NCBI RefSeq assembly: GCF_000025945.1
Contig: NC_006138.1
Coordinates: 300,001 to 332,000 of the forward strand
Reading direction: 5' to 3'
DNA: 32,000 nt
From: Desulfotalea psychrophila LSv54
GTDB taxonomy: Bacteria > Desulfobacterota > Desulfobulbia > Desulfobulbales > Desulfocapsaceae
The position numbers and the translations under genes are program-made. Positions 10,801 through 19,625 of this stretch are shown here, in pieces. Position 1 is the first letter of the stretch. Every line of letters begins with the position of its first letter. Under the pieces are notes generated by a model, which saw only the letters and a program-made list of their open reading frames with translations, had not been told where the DNA came from and ran no database searches.

Positions 10801-11411
10801 ACCTCTTGGGAATCTCCCAAAGTGGTAATATTGCAGCCATTGGTTACGACCTTTATCTGGATCTACTACAGAAGACCGTGGCCGACCTCAAGGCCCAAAA
10901 ACTCTCACAGGAAGAGCAGGGCATCTACGATGACCTCGACCCGGAGATAAATCTCCAACACTCAGCCTTTATCCCCAGTAACTATATCACCGATATAGAC
11001 CAACGCTATATCGTCTACAGGCGCATTGCCGCCATGTCACGAGGGATGGCTGACTTTGCCGACATCCGGGACGAACTCAGCGATCGCTACGGAAGGATCC
11101 CCGCTGAAACCGAGACCCTGCTGAAGATGATCGAGGTAAAGAGAGAACTCATTGAACTCCGGGTAACAAAACTTGAACGGGGCAGGGGCAATATTGTCCT
11201 CACCTTCCAAGATGACACCCCGGTACAACCGGTAAAACTGATAGCATTTATCGCAGAATCCAAGGCCACTAAGAAACAGGCTGCACCCAAGTTGACTCAA
11301 GACGGTCGACTCATTGTCTTTATGCACAGTGAAGAGAAGGACGTCTTTAAAACCATCGGCGCAACCCTTATCAAATTACATTCCATGATAGGAAAAAAGG
11401 CAGAGAGATGA
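7857..11411 (+). CDS. mfd: Transcription-repair coupling factor Mfd
   Basis: 1184 aa; CarD/RID-like segment GDIVVHRDHGLGIYRGL, helicase motifs (MDRLVCGDVGYGKTEVAIR, IIDEEHRFGV, TATPIPRTLQMSL, TTIIESGLDIPSANT, QLRGRVGRS). Confidence 0.98.
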   Translation: MTTTNIFAQIDKKKAITLSGLRGSSTALLAAQLAKNSSCCCIVPDDHLIPIVVQNLQLFSEKTILSYPSHEIPPYTALSPDQKVTATRLASLYQAANSEHPTIIVTSIEALLRRVIPKELLSARVELIMAGEDCDRDGLITSLLLLGYDKVSLTKNVGDFAVRGGIIDIYPPAFALENGQLHEGPLRLDFFGDTVESLRTFDPVSQRSTGKLEEAILLPTRDFIIDTSAKKSLQEIGTALQTRADKYSWNEELTQTMLEKINTGQGIAGIESFLPLFFPGKNLSSLFDFLTEDTTMVLMDSFAIQQSMRMSYQRIEQNYLEVQGAGTPALPPKEIFLSPEEIKEKLSSFRQVRLSDIVSEQDNATSYNTQSHGLLKQEIARRRAKEGILVPLIERIRQWQEEGHRIVICCRSEKHTKNLAEMLERHHFNISVVPSPLSLPDLQKRAEQREILLCDHPLSEGFSLPEQGWDIISESELFGQMRLGSKKSKSKKWAEPIEFTELNEGDIVVHRDHGLGIYRGLNAIRIQEITNDFMSIEYRDDDKLYVPVDRLNLVSRYQGISDREPRIDKLGSQNWRNTTKKVKEEVWKVAHELLEIYAKRELKAGRAFAPPGQLYQELEESFPFDETAGQLAAINSVLDDLTDANPMDRLVCGDVGYGKTEVAIRGAFKVVEDGAQAAILVPTTVLAEQHLKTFRERLQNFPLRIECLNRFRTAKEQREIVKDLAAGKIDIVIGTHRLLSKDVQFKDLGLLIIDEEHRFGVAHKERLRKMRAEVDILTLTATPIPRTLQMSLLSIRDLSVISSPPEQRRPVKTFVAEDDDLVIKEAISRELRRKGQTFFVHNRVKSIYQIANKIEKLVPDARIAVAHGQMDTKELENIMVSFVNKEVDVLVATTIIESGLDIPSANTMIINRADNLGLAEMYQLRGRVGRSSTQSFAYLLVPSLDSISKDSRERLRALMECNELGGGFKLAMNDLQIRGGGNLLGISQSGNIAAIGYDLYLDLLQKTVADLKAQKLSQEEQGIYDDLDPEINLQHSAFIPSNYITDIDQRYIVYRRIAAMSRGMADFADIRDELSDRYGRIPAETETLLKMIEVKRELIELRVTKLERGRGNIVLTFQDDTPVQPVKLIAFIAESKATKKQAAPKLTQDGRLIVFMHSEEKDVFKTIGATLIKLHSMIGKKAER

Positions 11412-12085
11412 ACAGACAGATTCACCCCAATTTTTCCTGGGAGGATATAGAGACCGTCCTCCTCGATATGGACGGCACCCTTCTGGACAAGTATTTCGAC
11501 GATGCTTTCTGGTGCAACCACGTACCAAAGAGGTACGGAGAGAAAAACGGTATCAGTTACGAACAGGCCCATGAGCATCTGTTCAAATACTATCGAGCGG
11601 CAACGGGAAGTCTTGCCTGGACTGATATGGATCACTGGGCCCGCACCTTCGGCCTTGATATCTTTGCCCTTAAGCATGAGCTCTCTCACCTTATCGGCGA
11701 ACTGCCGGATGCCCTTGATTTTCTTCAGGCCCTACGAACAATGGGAAAAAAGATTATCCTGGTCACCAACTGTCACCCCAAGGCCCTCGCCCTCAAATTC
11801 TCCCTTACCGCAATAGAAGACTATTTTGATGAGATGACCTGCGCCATCGAACTGCAATCCTCTAAGGAAGAGGATATTTTTTGGCTACGACTGGCGGAGA
11901 AACACTCCTTCAAAAAAGCCAGCACCCTCTTTATCGATGACAACCACAGAGTACTTCAGGTCGCTGAAAACTTTGGACTGCATCACCTGGTGGCCATTGC
12001 CAAGCCAAGTTCTCAGGAAGATTGCTGTTATTCTAAAACATTTCCATCTGTTGCCAGCCTGGCAGAGCTTATAGCAAAAGAGTAA
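11408..12085 (+). CDS. yrfG: HAD-IA hydrolase, YrfG/nucleotidase-like
   Basis: VLLDMDGTLLDKYFDDAFW, LVTNCHP, LFIDDNHRVLQVAENFG; overlaps the mfd stop codon by 4 nt (ATGA). Confidence 0.82.
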   Translation: MNRQIHPNFSWEDIETVLLDMDGTLLDKYFDDAFWCNHVPKRYGEKNGISYEQAHEHLFKYYRAATGSLAWTDMDHWARTFGLDIFALKHELSHLIGELPDALDFLQALRTMGKKIILVTNCHPKALALKFSLTAIEDYFDEMTCAIELQSSKEEDIFWLRLAEKHSFKKASTLFIDDNHRVLQVAENFGLHHLVAIAKPSSQEDCCYSKTFPSVASLAELIAKE

Positions 12086-12186
12086 AAAAGGCCGCTTGCG
12101 CATTTCTAATTTTCCCGTATATTAAAAGAGATAGGCCATGTATTAACTGTCTAAGATGAAAATTCTACTCAGAGGATGCCTAGTCA

Positions 12187-13347
12187 ATGAAAATCCATGA
12201 ATACCAAGCCAAGCAGCTGTTCCGTAAATACTCTATCCCCGTACCCGAAGGACTCCTCTGTACGAACCTGCAAGAGGTCAAGACGGCCCTTAAGTCCCTT
12301 CAACTCCCCATCGCAGTTAAGGCCCAGATACATGCCGGAGGACGGGGTAAGGGAGGAGGGGTCAAACTTGGCAAAACAGCCACAGAGGTAGTGCAGTACG
12401 CCGATGATATCTTGGGAATGTCTCTGGTTACGGCCCAGACGGGGCCCTCGGGCAGGACTGTTTCCAAAATACTCCTTGAAGAAGGCGTCTCCATCGCCCG
12501 CGAACTCTATCTCTCCATCCTTGTCGACCGGGAAAGGGCGTGCATCACCATCATTGCCTGCCAGGACGGTGGAATGAATATCGAAGAGGTTGCCGCCTCA
12601 ACCCCCGAACGAATTGGCAAAATCCATATCAACCCATTAATTGGTCCCCGTTCCTACCATATCAATCAGGCAAGAGAATGGCTGAATATTGCCCAGGAAC
12701 AGGCCAGAGCTTTTTCCCTCTTTATCCACGCCCTCTATAAACTCTTTCTTGATTACGACTGTTCTATGGTGGAGATCAACCCCCTTATTATCACCGAGGA
12801 TAATCAGCTCATCGCCCTCGATGCCAAGGTCGACACCGACTCCAACGCCCTCTTTCGCCAGCGGGAACTGCAGAAAATGCACGATCCCGCCGAAGATGAT
12901 CCAGCAGAGGCAGAGGCCGCCAAGTTCAATCTGAACTATATCAAGCTGAGCGGCAATGTGGGCAATATGGTCAACGGTGCCGGTCTGGCCATGGCCACCA
13001 TGGATATTATTAAACGGGCGGGAGCGGAACCAGCAAATTTTCTGGATGTGGGAGGGAGCGCCGACGCGGAAAGGATTGAAAACGGTTTTCGCATCATCCT
13101 GGCCGACACCAATGTAAAGGCCATTCTTATCAATATTTTTGGCGGAATCCTTCGCTGTGACATCCTCGCCCAGGGCGTGGTGCAGGCCGCCGCCAAGGTA
13201 TCACTCCAGGTACCTGTCGTTATCCGCATGGAAGGTACCAATGTGAAAGAGGGACGTGAAATTCTGGCCAAGTCAGGACTCTCCCTGATAAATGCCACAG
13301 ACCTGAACGATGCCGCCGAAAAAATTTCTACCCTACTTACAGATTAA
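12187..13347 (+). CDS. sucC: Succinyl-CoA synthetase (ADP-forming type) beta subunit
   Basis: MKIHEYQAKQLFRKYSIPVPEG; KAQIHAGGRGKGGGVKL; NFLDVGGSA; INIFGGILRCD. Confidence 0.97.
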   Translation: MKIHEYQAKQLFRKYSIPVPEGLLCTNLQEVKTALKSLQLPIAVKAQIHAGGRGKGGGVKLGKTATEVVQYADDILGMSLVTAQTGPSGRTVSKILLEEGVSIARELYLSILVDRERACITIIACQDGGMNIEEVAASTPERIGKIHINPLIGPRSYHINQAREWLNIAQEQARAFSLFIHALYKLFLDYDCSMVEINPLIITEDNQLIALDAKVDTDSNALFRQRELQKMHDPAEDDPAEAEAAKFNLNYIKLSGNVGNMVNGAGLAMATMDIIKRAGAEPANFLDVGGSADAERIENGFRIILADTNVKAILINIFGGILRCDILAQGVVQAAAKVSLQVPVVIRMEGTNVKEGREILAKSGLSLINATDLNDAAEKISTLLTD

Positions 13348-13361
13348 CAGGAAGTCACACT

Positions 13362-14456
13362 ATGCTTTGTCGTCTCATTTTCACAGCCCTTCTTATCCTC
13401 CTCTGCCATCAACCTCTACTGGCCGCAGAAACCCACCAGGACAGCAGCCAGACCGGCCAAGCTGAACCAAGAAAGAGAGTTATTATCAGCACAGCCACCG
13501 AGAATAATCTGCTTGGATCAATCTCCGAGGCAAGCATTGCCCTGATGGCAATGCAGGAGAGTGATTATATCAGACTTCCACTGACTCTGAGTGCCGACAA
13601 TCAACTGATTGTGGCAAATAATATTAGCCTGTCAGAAACCAATGCCAAAGCCCTCTTTCCACAAAAGACGCAGGACGGCAACTTCTATATCAACGACTTC
13701 ACCGTCCAGGAACTTCGCCAACTCTCCTTCTCAGGAGAGAACAGAGGCGTGGTGCTTGGCACAACCCTGGAAAGAGCCCTCACCATTGTCGAGGCTGTGT
13801 CCCAAAAACAGAAGAGGCAGATGGGTATCTCCCTTGAACCGCGCAAACCCTGGTTTTACAGAAGCAAGGGCAAGGATATCTGCGCCTCCCTTATCGAAAG
13901 CCTCAGCCAGTACGATTTAGCGGGGAGCAGAATCATGATCCAATCCTATGATCCCGATGAGTTGGAACGGATCAAAAAGGAACTTCTACCCCGCTATCAA
14001 CTGAATGTGCCCCTCATCCTCCTCATGGGCGTCAATGGTGGTGAGGAAGCCAAGGAGTATGACTTTGGGGCGTGGAAAGCATACAACTATGACTGGCTCT
14101 TCACCAGTACTGGCCTGCGCTTCATCGCCTCCTTTGCCGAAGGAATCGCCTTTGATCAGGGCCAACTCTTAAACGGCAAAAGGCAACTGCTCAACTATTG
14201 TAAACGGGGCAGCACCTATGGCCTTCACCTCTTTGCCATGGAAGGCGGCGATGAGCTCAAGGAATACCTCGAAAGCGAACAGAACCAAAAATTATTTGAC
14301 GGTATCTATACCAATAGACCTGACCAGTACAAATCCCCCAGACAATCAGAAGAGGAACAGATTTCTCCTGCCACCTCTGGAGATCAAACCAGCCCTACAA
14401 TCGTTTCTTCACAGCTCTATATCCCATCAACCCCAGCATCGGAAGAAAAGCTATGA
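13362..14456 (+). CDS. Secreted or periplasmic GlpQ/GDPD-like protein, apparently catalytically degenerate
   Basis: Signal-peptide-like N-terminus ([17 protein letters not shown]|AE). Aligns with my recollection of GlpQ over [66 protein letters not shown]. The HRG, ExD and HD catalytic motifs are absent. Confidence 0.7.
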   Translation: MLCRLIFTALLILLCHQPLLAAETHQDSSQTGQAEPRKRVIISTATENNLLGSISEASIALMAMQESDYIRLPLTLSADNQLIVANNISLSETNAKALFPQKTQDGNFYINDFTVQELRQLSFSGENRGVVLGTTLERALTIVEAVSQKQKRQMGISLEPRKPWFYRSKGKDICASLIESLSQYDLAGSRIMIQSYDPDELERIKKELLPRYQLNVPLILLMGVNGGEEAKEYDFGAWKAYNYDWLFTSTGLRFIASFAEGIAFDQGQLLNGKRQLLNYCKRGSTYGLHLFAMEGGDELKEYLESEQNQKLFDGIYTNRPDQYKSPRQSEEEQISPATSGDQTSPTIVSSQLYIPSTPASEEKL

Positions 14457-15337
14457 GTATATTCGTAAACAGCAAGACCCGCCTCCTGGTACAGGGAATC
14501 ACCGGCCAGGAAGGCCAGTTTCATACCCGCCAGTGTATCAATTACGGTACCCAGGTCGTTGCAGGTGTCACTCCCGGCAAGGGAGGGCAGATGATGGATT
14601 CTATCCCCATCTACAACACGGTAAGAGAGGCACGGCAGATCTCAGCGGCCAATGCATCCATGATCATGGTGCCACCACCATTTGCCGCAGACGCCATCCT
14701 TGAGGCAGCAGATGCGGGCATAGAGCTCATCATCTGTATCACCGAGGGTATTCCTATTATAGATATGCTCCGGGTAAAAAATTATCTGGCCACGACTACA
14801 AGTAGGCTCATTGGCCCCAACTGCCCCGGCATCATCACCCCGGGAGAGTGCAAGATAGGTATCATGCCGGCGAAAATCCATACCCCGGGCGGCCCGATGG
14901 GCGTAGTCTCCCGCTCCGGCACCCTTACCTACGAAGTTGTCCATCAACTCACAGGCGTCGGCCTCGGCCAGACAACCTGCGTGGGAATCGGCGGAGATCC
15001 TATTAACGGCACGGGCTTTATTGACTGCCTCAAGGCCTTTAATGCCGATGCAGAAACCGAGGCGGTGGTCATGGTGGGTGAAATTGGCGGCCAGGCAGAG
15101 GAAGAGGCCGCGGCCTGGGTCAAGGCCCATATGAAAAAACCAGTGATTGGATTTATTGCAGGCCTTACGGCCCCTCCCGGCCGGAGAATGGGCCACGCCG
15201 GAGCCATTGTCAGCGGAGGGCAGGGTGCTGCGGCTACCAAGATTATGGCAATGCGGGATGCCGGCATCCATATCTCAGAAAATCTTGGCACCCTGGGTAT
15301 GCTTGCCCGGCAGGTCCTCGACCCAGACAGCAAGTAA
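14453..15337 (+). CDS. sucD: Succinyl-CoA synthetase alpha subunit
   Basis: [34 protein letters not shown]; [20 protein letters not shown]; phospho-His region [16 protein letters not shown]. Starts 4 nt inside the preceding stop. Confidence 0.97.
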   Translation: MSIFVNSKTRLLVQGITGQEGQFHTRQCINYGTQVVAGVTPGKGGQMMDSIPIYNTVREARQISAANASMIMVPPPFAADAILEAADAGIELIICITEGIPIIDMLRVKNYLATTTSRLIGPNCPGIITPGECKIGIMPAKIHTPGGPMGVVSRSGTLTYEVVHQLTGVGLGQTTCVGIGGDPINGTGFIDCLKAFNADAETEAVVMVGEIGGQAEEEAAAWVKAHMKKPVIGFIAGLTAPPGRRMGHAGAIVSGGQGAAATKIMAMRDAGIHISENLGTLGMLARQVLDPDSK

Positions 15338-15473
15338 AGACTAGGCACGAGGCGAGCAATAAATACTGTTTGCCCCCTCTCCCCTAATGGATTACATTAT
15401 CAACAGAGACAGACTAACAATGAGATAGAATAAGGTCACCAGAAACAACACTCAGATCTGCGGTGCAAGAATT

Positions 15474-15782
15474 ATGCCTAACACATCGGACGATGAAGAA
15501 ACGAACCTAGGAACACCTCTCTCCGATGACCTCGGTCTCCTCATCCCCACTAGCATTGTTATGCTGATTATTATGGCAATGCATCCAATAGGCGTTTTCA
15601 CCACCATAGCCCTGGCCTTTATCCTCTTTGGTAGCTATTTTAGTCTAACTGTCCCCTTGGTCATCCTCAAGGTCATAAGCTTATATGCAGTCTTAACAGC
15701 AATAAACCCCTGCCTACTGGTCATCAGCACATTTTTCTTAGGCCTTTTATTAATTGTCCTGTTATTTTATCTTTTTTTCTAG
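15474..15782 (+). pseudogene. Truncated duplicate of the N-terminus of the adjacent sulfate/molybdate transporter
   Basis: 102 aa. DLGLLIPTSIVMLIIMAMHPIGVFTTIALAFILFGSYFSLTVPLVILKVISLYAVLTAINPCLLVISTFFLGLLLIV aligns with DLGTLLPITIAMILVVGLHPTGIFISIGLFYILSGSYFGITVPVQPMKVVGAYAIATGMQPSQLVASTLLMGVLLLI in the next gene. Confidence 0.75.
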
Positions 15783-15815
15783 CCTTAACCCATAGTCCCC
15801 ATTGAACGAGACATC

Positions 15816-17015
15816 ATGAGCCATCGTTTCGCCTATAATCGAATGGAACTTGCCGGATCCCTTGGCGACCTTGGCACCCTCCTCCCCATTACCATTGCCA
15901 TGATTCTGGTGGTGGGCCTTCATCCCACCGGCATCTTTATCAGCATTGGCCTCTTCTACATTCTCTCCGGCAGCTATTTCGGTATCACCGTCCCCGTCCA
16001 GCCGATGAAGGTCGTCGGTGCCTATGCCATAGCAACGGGAATGCAGCCCTCTCAACTTGTAGCCTCAACCCTGCTCATGGGAGTTTTACTGCTCATTATA
16101 GGGGCAACAGGGGCAATTGAGACGATTCGCAGACAAACTGACACCTCCGTTATTCGCGGTATCCAGCTCTCGACGGGCGTAATGCTGATGACGGGGGGAG
16201 TGAAGTTTATCATGGGCACCTCAAACCTGCAGATAATGCAAAATGCAGTGGAACCATCCCTGATCCTCCAGGCTATTGGCCCCATCCCCATCTCCATCAT
16301 CCTGGGAATTCTGGCCTCCCTTATAACATTCCTTCTCCTTGACAGTAGACGATTCCCTGCCGCCCTGATGGTCATCCTGGCAGGCTTTACCACAGGCATA
16401 ACCCTGGGAAGGGGCATTGACATAGGGGTAGGCAATCTTGGTTTCCACCTTCCCCAGATACTGCCCTTTGGCATTCCTGCCCTGCCAGATTTCACCTTTG
16501 CCCTCTTTATCCTAGTCCTGCCGCAACTGCCCATGACTCTGGGCAATGCTGTTCTTGCCTATACGGATCTCTCCCATAAATATTTCGGTGAAAAGGCCGC
16601 GCGAGTCAGCAACAGAAAGGTCTGCATCAGCATGGGACTTGCCAATGTACTCAGTTTTTTTGTAGGTGGAATGCCGCTCTGTCACGGAGCGGGAGGACTT
16701 GCTGCTCACTATCGTTTTGGGGCAAGAACGGCGGGATCCAATATATTTATCGGACTGTTCTTTCTTCTGGTGGCAATTATCTTTGGCGATAAGAGCGTCC
16801 AACTATTGAATCTCTTACCACTTTCAATACTTGGTGCCCTCCTGCTCTTTGCCGGGGTACAACTGGCGCTGACCATCATGGATCTGAAACGACGAGAGGA
16901 CTATTTTGTGGCTACCATAATGCTTGGCATAACCCTAGCCAGCAATCTTGCCGCAGGCTTTATCGCCGGCATCATTATCGCAAAATGTCTCAAATGGGAG
17001 AGGTTTTCTATCTAG
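15816..17015 (+). CDS. Putative sulfate/molybdate transporter (MolT/SulP-related membrane protein)
   Basis: 399 aa polytopic protein; RMELAGSLGDLGTLLPI, SGSYFGITVPVQPMKVVGAYAIA, GNAVLAYTDLSHKYF, MPLCHGAGGLAAHYRFGART. Confidence 0.85.
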   Translation: MSHRFAYNRMELAGSLGDLGTLLPITIAMILVVGLHPTGIFISIGLFYILSGSYFGITVPVQPMKVVGAYAIATGMQPSQLVASTLLMGVLLLIIGATGAIETIRRQTDTSVIRGIQLSTGVMLMTGGVKFIMGTSNLQIMQNAVEPSLILQAIGPIPISIILGILASLITFLLLDSRRFPAALMVILAGFTTGITLGRGIDIGVGNLGFHLPQILPFGIPALPDFTFALFILVLPQLPMTLGNAVLAYTDLSHKYFGEKAARVSNRKVCISMGLANVLSFFVGGMPLCHGAGGLAAHYRFGARTAGSNIFIGLFFLLVAIIFGDKSVQLLNLLPLSILGALLLFAGVQLALTIMDLKRREDYFVATIMLGITLASNLAAGFIAGIIIAKCLKWERFSI

Positions 17016-17046
17016 CACCCCTCCCCCAAAACTCTTCAGAAGAGCA

Positions 17047-17406
17047 TCATAGAGCCATCTGAATCAATTCCCCTGGGAACTGTTCTACACAGGCGCAAGA
17101 CTTATCATCCGTCATATGGAGCAAGGCCTGACAGAGTTGATCCGCACAGGAGGTAGGCTTATTGCCACAGGTGATCCCCTGTAACTTAGCAATAACTTCA
17201 GTGACCGGCATACCTTCAAGCAAAATCCCAATAGCCTTTAAATTACCAGGACAACCACCAAAAAACCGTAGTCCTGTTAAACAACCATCTTTTACATCAA
17301 ACTCTATCTCTTTGGCACAAACGCCCTTTGGTTTAACTCTTTGCACAGCGACACACCTCTTTTTTTTAATTACAGGCTGCGAATAACGCTTCCCATTCCA
17401 TCCCAT
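17047..17406 (-). CDS. TSCPD domain-containing protein
   Basis: KPKGVCAKEIEFDVKDGCLTGLRFFGGCPGNLKAIGILLEGMPVTEVIAKLQGITCGNKPTSCADQL matches the short Cys-containing TSCPD family. The true start may be downstream of the ORF-track start. Confidence 0.8.
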   Translation of the reverse strand: MGWNGKRYSQPVIKKKRCVAVQRVKPKGVCAKEIEFDVKDGCLTGLRFFGGCPGNLKAIGILLEGMPVTEVIAKLQGITCGNKPTSCADQLCQALLHMTDDKSCACVEQFPGELIQMAL

Positions 17407-17775
17407 TCCAGCAAGATCAGCACTGAGCTATCAACAGGCACAGGATTACAGGATAGGTCCATACTCTACCAAATCGGTCAGCCCTTTTAAGGACTGAAGA
17501 TAATCGGTTATAGTTCATCATCTTTACAAACTCAATCACTTCTCACAAACTCTCTCTTTTTTTGCCTCACTCCTCCCCTAACGCTGCGAGCAAATGCAAG
17601 CGCCAAGCCGCCACCACTGCCTTACTCCTACCACAGCGCCCGACGGCAAAGAGAACTAGCAAGACCATTTTTTCTTCCACCTATGCAAAATTTCATTTCT
17701 TTTCTGCCAACCTTGGAGTACTTGGTATTCAATATAGCTTATTGATTATTTAAGAAAAATTTAAGAGGTCTTGCC

Positions 17776-18702
17776 ATGAAACTGATCTTTAACAGTAAAT
17801 ATACACCCGTTATTGCCATTTTTGTTGCCATGATTATCTGGGCAAGCTCCTTTATCGCCCTAAAGATAGCCTTTCGTAGCTACCATCCCATGGTGGTTAT
17901 CTTTGGTAGGATGCTCATCGCTACCCTCTGCTTCATGGTCTTTTATAAGTATGTCTTCAAGGGATTCAAATACCATAAGGGTGACTATAAGCCTCTCCTC
18001 TTTATGGCCTTTTGTGAGCCCTGCCTCTACTTTATTTTCGAGGCTATTGCCCTTAAGAACACCTCCGCCTCACAGGCCGGAGTTATCACCGCCACCGCCC
18101 CTATCTTTATTCTGGCAGCAGCCTCTCTCTTCTTAAAAGAAAAATACAACCTGCAATCGTGGCTCGGTGCCCTTGCAGCCCTTGCAGGTGTCTGCTGGAT
18201 AACCCTTGCCTCGGCAACAAGTGAGAGTGCTCCCAACCCCATATTTGGTAACTTCTGTGAAGTTTTAGCCATGGCCTGTGCCACCGGCTATACGGTCTGC
18301 CTTAAATCCCTGACCAAGAGATACTCCCCCCTGTTCCTTACCTCAACCCAAGCACTTATGGGGACATTCTTTTATCTTCCCATGCTCTTTCTCCCCTTTG
18401 TAGAAATGCCCACCGAGTATGTAGCACTGCCCTCATTTGCCATCATCTATCTCGGGGCAGTGGTGAGCCTCATCGCCTACGGGCTTTACAACTATGCACT
18501 TGCGCATATGCCGGCTGCCCAGGGCGCCTCCTATATCAACCTTATTCCCATCTTTTCCGTGGCCATGGCTTGGCTCTTTCTTGGCGAAACCCTTAACCTC
18601 AGCCAGGGCTTTGCCGCAGCACTCATTATTGCCAGCGTATGGGTCAGCCAAAAGGGCATGGCAAAAGCCCATGACGAAAAGCACTCTCTGAAAAATAAAT
18701 AG
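17776..18702 (+). CDS. EamA/DMT family permease
   Basis: 308 aa, about 10 hydrophobic segments in two EamA-like halves (IIWASSFIALKIAF; YTVCLKSLTKRYSP..TSTQALMGTFFYLPM; LIPIFSVAMAWLFLGETLNLSQ). Confidence 0.9.
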   Translation: MKLIFNSKYTPVIAIFVAMIIWASSFIALKIAFRSYHPMVVIFGRMLIATLCFMVFYKYVFKGFKYHKGDYKPLLFMAFCEPCLYFIFEAIALKNTSASQAGVITATAPIFILAAASLFLKEKYNLQSWLGALAALAGVCWITLASATSESAPNPIFGNFCEVLAMACATGYTVCLKSLTKRYSPLFLTSTQALMGTFFYLPMLFLPFVEMPTEYVALPSFAIIYLGAVVSLIAYGLYNYALAHMPAAQGASYINLIPIFSVAMAWLFLGETLNLSQGFAAALIIASVWVSQKGMAKAHDEKHSLKNK

Positions 18703-18718
18703 TCCCCAGACTCCTAAA

Positions 18719-19477
18719 ATGAACATACTCCTTCTCACCCTGACCATACTTCTCTGCTCGGGGCAGGCATCTGCCCACAACACCAAGATCTCCTCCTTTG
18801 CAACGGCCAAGAGGACCCTGCTCCAGAAGGTCTACTACGATCACCGTCAGACCATCTACTGCGGGGCAACCTTTTCCCGCGACAAAAATGTTCAGCCCCC
18901 CCTGGGCTTTCACACCCTGAAACACAAAAAGAGAGCTGGCAGAATTGAGTGGGAACACGTTGTTCCCGCCGAGAACTTTGGCAAGAGCTTCAGTGAATGG
19001 CGAGAGGGAAGTGCGGTCTGCAGGGACAGCAAGGGACGTAGCTTTAAGGGACGAAGATGCGCCCAAAAGGCCAATAGAACATATAGGTATATGCAGGCAG
19101 ATATGTATAACCTCTACCCTGCCATTGGTGCGGTGAACGCAATGCGGAGCAACTACAACTTCACCATGCTGGCCGGGAAGGGTACAAGCTCCTTTGGTAG
19201 CTGCCAGATGATTATAGCAAAGAGAAAAGCTCAACCGCCCGAAGAGGCACGGGGAAGAATTGCACGAACCTATAAGTATATGGAGTGGGCCTACCCACAG
19301 TACTCCATGAGCCGGCAACAACAAAAGTTAAGCAGAGCCTGGGACAGGCAATATCCCGTCTCCAACTGGGAGTGCACCAGAGCAGAGCGCATAGAGAAGA
19401 TTCAGGGTAACAGAAACCCCTTTGTCGCCAAGGCCTGCCAGAAGCTCTATGCCACCAGCGAGGCATTAAGGAAGTAA
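18719..19477 (+). CDS. Secreted endonuclease I (EndA/Dns family)
   Basis: Signal peptide then TIYCGATF...RIEWEHVVPAENFG...NRTYRYMQADMYNLYPAIGAVNAMRSNYNF..GRIARTYKYMEWAY. 16 nt after the DMT gene. Confidence 0.92.
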   Translation: MNILLLTLTILLCSGQASAHNTKISSFATAKRTLLQKVYYDHRQTIYCGATFSRDKNVQPPLGFHTLKHKKRAGRIEWEHVVPAENFGKSFSEWREGSAVCRDSKGRSFKGRRCAQKANRTYRYMQADMYNLYPAIGAVNAMRSNYNFTMLAGKGTSSFGSCQMIIAKRKAQPPEEARGRIARTYKYMEWAYPQYSMSRQQQKLSRAWDRQYPVSNWECTRAERIEKIQGNRNPFVAKACQKLYATSEALRK

Positions 19478-19565
19478 GAGCTGTATCAAAAACTGGCCGA
19501 AGAATAACAAGCACTGGAGCAGCAAGACCCTTTTCAGTACCACTTTTTTTCGGGGAAATTATCCT

Positions 19566-19599
19566 ACTCCAGATAGATCAAAAGCAATCTATCTGGAGT
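19566..19599. other. Perfect inverted repeat between convergent endonuclease I and MCP genes
   Basis: ACTCCAGATAGAT (19566-19578) / ATCTATCTGGAGT (19587-19599), 13 bp, 8-nt loop, no adjacent T-run. Confidence 0.75.
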
Positions 19600-19625
19600 G
19601 TATATAAAAAATAGTTACCTCAACC

